A stretch of DNA of 64,000 nucleotides from Carpediemonas membranifera BICM (Eukaryota; Protista; Fornicata): positions 495,409-559,408 of the forward strand of contig JAHDYR010000003.1 of assembly GCA_019828565.1 (NCBI GenBank), written 5' to 3'. This document shows positions 55,837-64,000 of this stretch, piece after piece. Made by a program: the position numbers and the translations under genes. Below the pieces are notes generated by a model. That model did not search any database, was not told where the DNA came from, and worked only from the letters and a program-made list of their open reading frames with translations. Position 1 is the first letter of the stretch, and every line of letters begins with the position of its first letter.

Positions 55837-58800
55837 TCACTCGAACATGGTTGGCTCCTGCGGCCTCACTTGTTCAACATCAATCTCGTTCACCTGTTCC
55901 CTCCAATTCCGGGTCGACGACGGGATGGACGGCCCCGTAGCAGTCAGGTCATGCACGTGCTGCTGCAGGGTCGACTGGAGCTTGGCGTCATTAGTCAGCG
56001 TCTTGACATTGCGGCTCAGCCTTGGTTCAGTGTCTGCTGGATGAATCAATGCCGTCACAGGAATCGCTAAGATCTCTGTCGCCGTCACAACCGAGATGGC
56101 GGAGGTCACTTGTGTCGGCTCGGTCAGGCCGACGTCGACCGTGGTGACGCCGATGCGCATAACCTTGTGCAGCCCGGCTGGGATCGGTCCAGGGGTCCAG
56201 TCGACCCAGACCTGCCCCGCGATGGGGGCGGTCATGGGCGGGGGCGAGGTCACGCGGACCCGCACTGTCTGGATGCCCGTGTTGGTGATCTTGAGGGGGA
56301 TCTGATACGTCTTCCCGACCTTGATCGAGCCGAACGAGAGCTTCGACGGAGTGGGGTTGAGTGAGTGATAAATGCGGTTCGGGTCCTTCTTGGTCAGCAG
56401 GTTGGCGGCAACGGTGCGGACCATACGGGTGCTGTTGCCCTCCATGACGAGCTTACCGACGTTGGGCTCTGCGATGGACTGACCCGACTGCGCCGCATCG
56501 ATGAGGACGTTTGCCTCGTGCTCCCTCATCGTTGCTCCTATAGACACCTTGGCCGGCAGCCTCTCGACGGGCTGGGCCGGCTGCTCGACCTCCTTCGGCA
56601 ACTGTTGCTCGGTCGCGATGAGCACCGCGCTTGATTGGCGCTGGATGTCCGCTGTGACGGGCTGCACTCGGGGTCTGGGACGTGTCGGGATGCCCAGACG
56701 GGTGGCCTCGAGGTCGAAGTGGTCTACCACTTCGGCGAAACCCCTGTCGCCGAGCTCACGCCAGCTCTTGCCCTCCTGCTCGTGGAAGTAGGACGTACCG
56801 CCCAGCGAGGGCTCGGGCTCCATGCCGACGGGCTCGGGCGGGCTCTCCAGGGCCCTGTCATACTCGTCGGGCATCGGCATCGTGCTGGCGGCGAGGTCGT
56901 CTTCGTCAGGGAAGAGTGCGGGCGCCTCTTCGTCTCCGGCATGCTCGAACTCAGGCTCAATGGGGCCCGACTCCTGCGGGGCAGCCAGTAGCAGTCGCAG
57001 CATAGCCTCGTCGGACACGGTATGCTCAGCCCGGGGGTCAACGATCGTCATGAGCTGCTGCTGCTCGTCCCGGGCCTCCTTCCAGGCGCTGTAGCCGGCC
57101 ATGGCCTCGTGTAGGATGAGAAGGTGGTCGTCAAACACGGGGTAGTGCTGCGTGATGCACGAGTAGACGCTTTCCTCCTCCTCACGGGACACGTGCGGCC
57201 GGGCGCCGGTACGGGTGGTGCCCCTGCGGACTGTCTGACCCCTCAAGACGTCTACGACGGGGCCGAGCCGCATCGACAGGGGGATCATCGCCGTGATGGA
57301 CTCGCGGTAGGGGCTGTATGAAGTCGCGCCGTCCTGCCTGAGCAGCTCAGCGGTCGTCCGGTCGAGGTCGTGCGGCAGCAGGAGGCCGAGGCGGCATGGC
57401 ATCGGCTCCTGGTCGGCCCCGATGGGGGCCACGACGACCCTGAGGCCGTGGCGTTCCTGGGCCTGGGAGAGGGCGTACAGGCGCCACACGTAGTCGACGT
57501 ACGACGCTACCTCTGTGCCGATGACGGTGTCGGTCGCGGCGGACTCGGGCTGCTCCTGCACGAGGGCCGCAGCGCTCTCCTGTGCGGTGAACCCGAGCTC
57601 GTCGGGATCGACGGGCGGCTCGCTGTCGGGCATGGCGGCGGGGCTGGCCGTACTGATGGGCATAGCCGTGCTCGACCCGAACTCGGCCGAGTACGCGTCG
57701 TCCAGCTCAGACCTTGAGTCGGCTGAGTCACTCGACTCTGTGGATGACTCCGAGGGCTCTGGGAGGAAGCGTTCGATGTCGGCCAGTGGTACAACGAACA
57801 GTCGCGGCCGGGTGTACAGGGCGCCGGGGTGGGGCGCGATCTCGATGTACTCCGTCGCCGGGACAGTCGGGGGCAGATAGGGCTTGCCCGGGAAGTTGTC
57901 CCCGCCCACGGGGAGGGAGATCCCGGGGAGCATCGGGTGCATCCGCATCGGGGCGTCCTCGAAGTCGAAGTCGTTGTCCGACTCGGTTGAGTAGCCCGAT
58001 TCCATGTCGTACCCACTCTGCTCGTCCGGGTTCGCCGTCTGGTCGTCGTCCATTGTCCCAGAGGGGGGCGGGGTTGACCCGACCACGGACCCGTGGCCGT
58101 CAGTCACCCCGCTCACCGTGACGTCGGGCACGGGCAGGGCTGGGGTGTGGGGTGCATCCTTGCCGTCCTCGTTGCGGGCGTTCTTGAGCAGCTCCGGTGT
58201 CTGGGCCTCCTCCTGCATGGCCTCCTGGCCCTTGTCGACGTGGGGCCCGAGGAATTCGCTGTTGAGGTACATCCCGTCCATGGAGACGATGGCGACGTTA
58301 CGGTAGAAGTCGGTGAGGTGGTAGACGAGTGAGGGCTCCCCCACGGGGCCCCTCATCAGCCGGGCGTGGTGGATTCCGAGCCGGAGGATAGGGGCGACGT
58401 AGGGGTCCGTCTCGCCGGACAGCTCCTCGCCCAGCATCACGCGCGCCAGCTTCCGCTCCGACATGGCCACCCTGGGCGGCGTGGTGATCGTTGCGGTGTT
58501 GAACATCCGGGACTTCTGCTCCAGGTCGTTCTGCTGGTCCGAAACCGTGTTATACTGGTCGATGAGGATCTTGTGGGCGCGGGTGGTGCCGCGGGGCGCC
58601 ACCTTGATCACAGCGCTCGGCTCTGCGGGGTTCTTGGTGGCCGTGACGATGGTCCCGTCCTCCCGGATGAGGGTGAAGGACCGGTGCTGACGTGCAGTCC
58701 GGGACTTGGCGATGGGTATGTCGGCCCGGACGATGATGGTGTCCCTGTTCTTGAACGTCAGCGCCATCTTACGACAGCGCTGCTCGCCGTCCGAGATGAA

Positions 58801-61593
58801 GTCCGCCGTCATATTCCTGAGAGGATGCTCTACGGTCACACTGGCGTATCCCCCACGGGCCGTGTAGCCCGGTACATCCTGCCCCGCCTCCTCGTCCACC
58901 TGGCTGAGTGTGATCCGCGTCTGGTCGGCGTGCTGGGTCACTGAGACGCCCGTCCCGACCGTCACCGTGCCCACCATGTCTCGCCGGGTGATGTTGACGG
59001 CGTCGGTCAGCCTGTCTCTCGTCCGGGCGACGGTGATGGCCGGGAGCTCCTGGATCTCGACGTCCTCGCGGCTGATGGCCTGGGCAGACAGGCTCACGAG
59101 CTCGTCGACGGTGGTAGGAGCCGGGAGGGAGGTCATGTACTGGATGCCGGAAGGCAGGGTCACCGTGGCGCCGGTCGGGCCGTACTGTACGACCGTCCCG
59201 TCCTCGTAGAGGCTCGCAGTACCCTCGACCGGGGACAGCGTGTGCTGGGAGCCGTCGGGCAGGATTGCGACGTCTCCGGCCTTGCTGGTGAGCTTGACGG
59301 TCATGTCCTCCAGGGACACGGTCGCGACGACGCCGGACGAGGCGTACTGGATGCTGCAGTCGGGCCCGATGACGAGGGTCGAGTCTGCGAACTTGGCGAC
59401 GGCGCTACCACCGTGTTCTGTCGTGTGATGCATGGTCAGCGTCACGCCGTCGCTGGCCGCAGTCATCTGCGCGTGGTTGCCGTCGGTCCTGTTGGCCACC
59501 GACACCGTCGTCTTGCTGCAGCAGGGGAAGAGCGTCGTGACGTCCTCAGGGATCAGGCGGGCCGGGTCATCGGCAGCGAGCTCCCTGGCCACCGAGGAGG
59601 CGGACGTCGCCTCGTCCTCATCCTCCTCCTCCTCCGGCTCCTCTGCCTCAGGCACGTCTGGGTACTTCTCGGCGGCCTCGTTGATGGGCACGGGACCCAT
59701 CCGGTAGAAGCAGGACGGGGGGGAGTCACCCCGGACGACGTACTTGCTCAGGGGAGAACCGACCGTCTTGGCGACGAGGACGCGAATCTTGTCAGGGGCG
59801 AACATGTCGGCCGGCTTGGATGCCTTAGGGCCCTTCTCGAACAGGGCGTCGAGGGCCTGGGCGATGGCCTTGCGGTGGATGCAGGCCCACTCGTTGAGGG
59901 AGGGCACGGTGGCGAAGGCGGCCTCGGGCTCCTTCTCTACATAGAAGCCCATGGCCCGCTTGCCCGTATCAGGGACGGCGGGGTCGTGGATCACGACGAG
60001 ACGCATGCCGATGGGGTCGAAGCAGGCGTCGATCATGCCACCCTTGGCCTCTATCTCCGTCTCGGACATGAACATGCGCCAGAAGAGGTCATGAACCTGC
60101 GTGTACTCGAGACCAAACGTGTACTCGGCGACGAGGTGGCGCATACGGTCGGCGCTCTCCTGCGTGTCCATGAACAGACTGCGCCCCTTGGCCTTGAGGC
60201 TGTCGTGCAGGGCCAGCAGCAGAATGATATGCTGGATGTTGACTACGCGGGTTGCCTGGAGATCGTTGCCCTCCCCCGCGACAGTGGACACACCCTCGTC
60301 CTCCTCCGCGTCGGACATCATCATGCTAGGGCCCTGGGAGGCCGTCTGGATGTCCATCACGGTGCTGAGCCCAACCCCGCTGTCCTCGCTCGAGGGCTCG
60401 GCCTCAGGCTTCGTCTCCCTCGTCACCATCTCGAACCCGGCGTCTCCAGGCCTCAACCGCTTGACTGAGGGCATAACCTCGGACCTGGTGCGGTCTGTGA
60501 GGAAGGAGAGCAGCTCTCTCAGGGCAATGGTCCGGTCGAACGCCCCAGACGTCACAGAGACGGCGCCGCGGCTCTTGGGGTCGAGTAGACCGGCCACGCG
60601 CGGCATCGCCTCCCGGACGACCTCCTCCTGGATGTCCTCGGTCATTCCGAAGGGGACGCACGCTGCGGCCATCGCCTGTCCGGCCTCAGCGGCGAACCGC
60701 TTGCCCTCGTCCTCGGGCCGGTCGCCGGGTCTGAACTCACCCTGGTCGCCCGTCACCTGCCGCAGCATCGCCTCGAGACACGTGACGGGGGTCGCGGCCT
60801 CATCGGGCAGCAGGTCCATCAGATTGTTGTACACAACCATCGGCTCGTCGTCCTCGGGGACCGCGCGGTAGTCAATGAGGTCGTCTGTCGCCTCCGCCAC
60901 GTCAATGATCTTGAGAGCGGACGTCCAGGAGTCGTACATCGCTCTGGTCGCCATGTGGTCCCTCAGGGCACACGCCACAGCCTTGCCCACGACCAGGGCG
61001 TCCTTGTCGGTGAGTGTCTCGGGGCATGGCACGTCCAGCATGAGGAAGCCGGGGTTCTGCTGCACACAGAGGGCCCGGAGGGCAGTCATCACCGTTGGAA
61101 CGGTCTTGGGCAGCTCGACAACGCCCTCCTCCTTCGCGGGCTCCTTAGGCGAGGGCTTGGGGTCCGGCTTCTTGGCATCCTTCTTCGACGCTGGCCGTTT
61201 TGGCTGGGGTTTTGTCTTCGCCGCGGGCTTGGCCTCCTTCGTCTCCTCGGGCGCAGCCATGACTTCAAGCCGGACCGATCCGCCAAGGGCGAGGCCGTAT
61301 GCTGTGCCCTGCTTGATCCACTCCTCCGTGACGTCGAAGCCTTGTAGGAAGTAGAACGTAGGGGCGTCAGGGGGCATGTCGTCGGATAGAGACTGCACCT
61401 GGGGGGGCGGAGTCACCGTAACGGGGCACACCTGACCGCGTTTCTGGCCGCGGGAGGGGGCGCGGGCCTTCGATGTCTTTGACTGGCGGCTCGCCGTGGG
61501 CTGAGGCTGGCCGACGGAGTCCAGAGCGGATAGGATCAGCCGCATCTGGGTAGCGATACTCAGCTGGCCAGACTTTGCGTATTCACTCTGCAA
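55837..61593 (-). CDS. SPAG17/PF6-like axonemal central-pair protein (~1900 aa); start uncertain
   Basis: N-terminal DDMPPDAPTFYFLQGF, central beta-repeat region, C-terminal ASH/PapD-like LSFGSIKVGKTY..ITNTG. Confidence 0.65.
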   Translation of the reverse strand: MQSEYAKSGQLSIATQMRLILSALDSVGQPQPTASRQSKTSKARAPSRGQKRGQVCPVTVTPPPQVQSLSDDMPPDAPTFYFLQGFDVTEEWIKQGTAYGLALGGSVRLEVMAAPEETKEAKPAAKTKPQPKRPASKKDAKKPDPKPSPKEPAKEEGVVELPKTVPTVMTALRALCVQQNPGFLMLDVPCPETLTDKDALVVGKAVACALRDHMATRAMYDSWTSALKIIDVAEATDDLIDYRAVPEDDEPMVVYNNLMDLLPDEAATPVTCLEAMLRQVTGDQGEFRPGDRPEDEGKRFAAEAGQAMAAACVPFGMTEDIQEEVVREAMPRVAGLLDPKSRGAVSVTSGAFDRTIALRELLSFLTDRTRSEVMPSVKRLRPGDAGFEMVTRETKPEAEPSSEDSGVGLSTVMDIQTASQGPSMMMSDAEEDEGVSTVAGEGNDLQATRVVNIQHIILLLALHDSLKAKGRSLFMDTQESADRMRHLVAEYTFGLEYTQVHDLFWRMFMSETEIEAKGGMIDACFDPIGMRLVVIHDPAVPDTGKRAMGFYVEKEPEAAFATVPSLNEWACIHRKAIAQALDALFEKGPKASKPADMFAPDKIRVLVAKTVGSPLSKYVVRGDSPPSCFYRMGPVPINEAAEKYPDVPEAEEPEEEEDEDEATSASSVARELAADDPARLIPEDVTTLFPCCSKTTVSVANRTDGNHAQMTAASDGVTLTMHHTTEHGGSAVAKFADSTLVIGPDCSIQYASSGVVATVSLEDMTVKLTSKAGDVAILPDGSQHTLSPVEGTASLYEDGTVVQYGPTGATVTLPSGIQYMTSLPAPTTVDELVSLSAQAISREDVEIQELPAITVARTRDRLTDAVNITRRDMVGTVTVGTGVSVTQHADQTRITLSQVDEEAGQDVPGYTARGGYASVTVEHPLRNMTADFISDGEQRCRKMALTFKNRDTIIVRADIPIAKSRTARQHRSFTLIREDGTIVTATKNPAEPSAVIKVAPRGTTRAHKILIDQYNTVSDQQNDLEQKSRMFNTATITTPPRVAMSERKLARVMLGEELSGETDPYVAPILRLGIHHARLMRGPVGEPSLVYHLTDFYRNVAIVSMDGMYLNSEFLGPHVDKGQEAMQEEAQTPELLKNARNEDGKDAPHTPALPVPDVTVSGVTDGHGSVVGSTPPPSGTMDDDQTANPDEQSGYDMESGYSTESDNDFDFEDAPMRMHPMLPGISLPVGGDNFPGKPYLPPTVPATEYIEIAPHPGALYTRPRLFVVPLADIERFLPEPSESSTESSDSADSRSELDDAYSAEFGSSTAMPISTASPAAMPDSEPPVDPDELGFTAQESAAALVQEQPESAATDTVIGTEVASYVDYVWRLYALSQAQERHGLRVVVAPIGADQEPMPCRLGLLLPHDLDRTTAELLRQDGATSYSPYRESITAMIPLSMRLGPVVDVLRGQTVRRGTTRTGARPHVSREEEESVYSCITQHYPVFDDHLLILHEAMAGYSAWKEARDEQQQLMTIVDPRAEHTVSDEAMLRLLLAAPQESGPIEPEFEHAGDEEAPALFPDEDDLAASTMPMPDEYDRALESPPEPVGMEPEPSLGGTSYFHEQEGKSWRELGDRGFAEVVDHFDLEATRLGIPTRPRPRVQPVTADIQRQSSAVLIATEQQLPKEVEQPAQPVERLPAKVSIGATMREHEANVLIDAAQSGQSIAEPNVGKLVMEGNSTRMVRTVAANLLTKKDPNRIYHSLNPTPSKLSFGSIKVGKTYQIPLKITNTGIQTVRVRVTSPPPMTAPIAGQVWVDWTPGPIPAGLHKVMRIGVTTVDVGLTEPTQVTSAISVVTATEILAIPVTALIHPADTEPRLSRNVKTLTNDAKLQSTLQQHVHDLTATGPSIPSSTRNWREQVNEIDVEQVRPQEPTMFE

Positions 61594-62003
61594 ATTATCG
61601 TTAAAATTGCGGCTAATGAGCTCATTGTAGTTAAGAACTTCAACGCCACTCTTCAGACCGCCTCTGTGTCAAATAGCCAGTGAATCATGGGAAACAAACC
61701 TAAATAGGTCGGCAATCTGGTTGGAAGGTCCCTCAGGCCCCTCCAAGAGCAGAATTGTGCGCTTCATCCTGTGGTGGGAGGCATATTCTGCACCCGTAAA
61801 ATTCTGCCCCCAGCTGCGCATCATACCCCGGCGAGGAGCATACGGCACAGCAATACACTGGCCAGCCTACCCAATCCATCTTTATAATTCTTCAAGGCCC
61901 ACATCGGCATTCCAGCCCTCCTAGTGATTAGCTTGGCCGCCTTTTTACAAAAGTAACTCCATCCTCAAACGGACAGAGCGAATAAGATGTCTGGGAGGGT
62001 GGG

Positions 62004-63221
62004 TTAAAAGTCTGCGACTGGCACCCGGAATGCCACGGGGCTACACGCGTCCTCGTCGTCCGTAAAGACCTCGAGCTCGCCGTAGCCGTAGAACTCGTCG
62101 AACGGCACGGATACGGTGCCAATGAGGGCCGACCACTGCTCAACGGCGTCCAGCTGGGCGACAGTCACGTCGATGGGCTCGTAGAACATGGAGGGGAGCC
62201 TCAACGTGCACCAGTCCCCGCGGCGGACCCGCACGAGCCTGTCCTGGGCGATGAGGTACTCGATGATGCGGCAGAGGGCCGTGGGCGGAACCCCGGGGAT
62301 GGCGTCGCAGATGGTGGTGCGGGTGAGCTCGAGCTTGCCGGTGAACAGGCCAAGGATGGCGTCGATGATCGCCTCCTCAGGGAACGAGGGCGTCGCGGTG
62401 GTGGCTGAGGTCGACCACTGGGCGCGGGTGTTGACTCCGAGGGTGTGCTCGGCGTACTGCTTGAATGACTGCGTCGGGCGGGTTTCGCGGCCGCGGACAA
62501 CGGCCGTGAGCCCCTCCTCCTTCATGCGGTCGAGGCAGTTGGCGACGATCTCGGGGGACACGGTGATCTCCTTGAACGCGATGACGTCGTGGAACCCGGT
62601 CAACCCCGTGCGGGCAACGACCTGCAGGACCTGACGATAGTCGTCGTTCGTGTGGTGCCAGTAGAGCTTGCGGGACACGCCGTCATCGTCAATGACACCA
62701 CGCACGGCGAAGGGTTGCTCGTGGTTGATGAAGGGAGAGGCGGGCCGTTCGCTGGCCCGGGATGGGGGCTGGGAAACCTCGGGGGGGAAGTCGGGCGACA
62801 GGTCGTCGATGCAGACGTAGATGTTGTCGTCCTCGCGGAGGGCTTCGCAGACTTCGATATCGATCATTGCCGAACGGCCGTCTGAACTCATGGTAATGAG
62901 ACCGTGATCGGCGAGGCCGTTCAGCAGGGCTTTTGCGGCGGTGGCTGGCGAGGATGAGTTCTCAATGCAATGCAGGAGCGAACGATAGGTGATTGGCTCA
63001 ACACGGTGCATTTGCTCAACGCAAAAATGTCTCACACGATTGTAATCATCGAGTGACACATGAGGCGCATTGGGAAGAACTTCTATGCCCTTACTGTCGA
63101 ACGTGAGCATGCAATTGGTGGGCTGGGGGAAAGCGTCGACGTTAAGGGAGAAATCCATCGCAAGCACTTTAAGGAACGTGTGGCTGAATGTTGCTTCAAG
63201 ATCAATCAATCTCGGATCCAT
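62004..63221 (-). CDS. Hypothetical protein (405 aa), possible winged-helix segments
   Basis: Long ATG ORF with host-like codon bias. Confidence 0.75.
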   Translation of the reverse strand: MDPRLIDLEATFSHTFLKVLAMDFSLNVDAFPQPTNCMLTFDSKGIEVLPNAPHVSLDDYNRVRHFCVEQMHRVEPITYRSLLHCIENSSSPATAAKALLNGLADHGLITMSSDGRSAMIDIEVCEALREDDNIYVCIDDLSPDFPPEVSQPPSRASERPASPFINHEQPFAVRGVIDDDGVSRKLYWHHTNDDYRQVLQVVARTGLTGFHDVIAFKEITVSPEIVANCLDRMKEEGLTAVVRGRETRPTQSFKQYAEHTLGVNTRAQWSTSATTATPSFPEEAIIDAILGLFTGKLELTRTTICDAIPGVPPTALCRIIEYLIAQDRLVRVRRGDWCTLRLPSMFYEPIDVTVAQLDAVEQWSALIGTVSVPFDEFYGYGELEVFTDDEDACSPVAFRVPVADF

Positions 63222-63504
63222 GAGAACTCTCTATGCGGTAGACACAAGTGCTCCACGGGTGACCCGAGCTGGGTTGGTTGGAGGTCACGTTTGTCTCAAA
63301 AATTGACCCAATCTTTCAGCCACTTACATGGTTGGTAGCATTTTGAGATTCGCCCATAAATGGGTCGACGGCTCTATATTACACCCTGGACAACGCTCAG
63401 AACGCTCATATGCCATCATGTGTTATTGTGACGTCTTAAATCAGCGCCATGACGAGGGAGGACCACTATAAAACACTCAAATCAGATGGTTTACATATGT
63501 TACA

Positions 63505-64000
63505 TTAGTCCTCCTCGTCCTCGTCGAACTCCATCTGCTCGATGGCGTCCGCGAGCTGCCCCAGAGGAACCTGCTCGAGACCACTGTCAACCTGGCTCTC
63601 GATCTGACAGAGATGCTGGTAGCACGCTTTGACGTGGGCATCATCCTCGCCGTACGCCGCCACAAGCCCTACAAACGCCCTGCGGATGTTACCCGACGCC
63701 GGCTCGATCCTACCGAGCTCCTGCAGGAAGAGGGCGAGGTCGAGATAGAGCTCCGCAACGGCTGGGTGCTGGAAGCCCACGGCCGCCTCCGCAGCGTCGA
63801 TAGCGGCGTCCAGATGGTCGAGGGCAACATCGTGGTCGGTCGAGGCAGCGATGCCGCACAGGCTCCGGTGGGCATCGGCACACCGCATGCGGCAGGGTCC
63901 GTCAGTAGAATCGGTCAGCCTCTCGACAATCATGTCGTCCACCTCCTCGAGCTTCTTCAGCATGTCGCACGGCTGCAGTGCCGCCAGTCTGTTCCAGCGG
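63505..64000 (-). CDS. TPR-repeat protein, 3' part (runs off the window)
   Basis: HPAVAELYLDLA...YGEDDAHV kinesin-light-chain-type TPR. Confidence 0.8.
   Translation of the reverse strand, partial: RWNRLAALQPCDMLKKLEEVDDMIVERLTDSTDGPCRMRCADAHRSLCGIAASTDHDVALDHLDAAIDAAEAAVGFQHPAVAELYLDLALFLQELGRIEPASGNIRRAFVGLVAAYGEDDAHVKACYQHLCQIESQVDSGLEQVPLGQLADAIEQMEFDEDEED

Noticed and set aside
43071-61354. Many antisense/overlapping ORFs over GC-rich genes
   Set aside because: Shadow ORFs of strongly codon-biased genes on the other strand.

Overview
Eukaryotic DNA from a compact, intron-poor genome. The 32-nt introns and the gene set suggest a flagellated protist, possibly a fornicate/metamonad such as Carpediemonas (inference only). 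The window has two compartments. (1) ~1-40.5 kb is a rearranged, repeat-rich accessory island. It encodes putative chromatin/protein-modifying effectors: SET, PHD-type fingers, Swt1-like HEPN, three OTU-like proteases and a Cdc7-like kinase. It also has two divergent gene pairs, each a catalytically dead tyrosine-recombinase-fold protein plus an OTU protein, with its own triplet of 22-24 bp inverted sites. Other island elements: a family of ~350-500 bp noncoding modules between the genes, a ~2.8 kb imperfect palindrome with minisatellite arms, a 1.9 kb inverted duplication, a 2.7 kb tandem duplication, a possible RAG1/Transib-like transposase and nested Ty3/gypsy elements. (2) ~40.5-64 kb holds an RLE-type non-LTR retrotransposon and ordinary host genes: kinase, WD40, papain-family protease, MYST HAT, GAR-domain protein, cyclase-like and cathepsin C fragments, SPAG17/PF6-like and TPR. 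Many frameshifts fall in homopolymers and are probably long-read errors. All domain calls come from visual motif recognition, not database searches.
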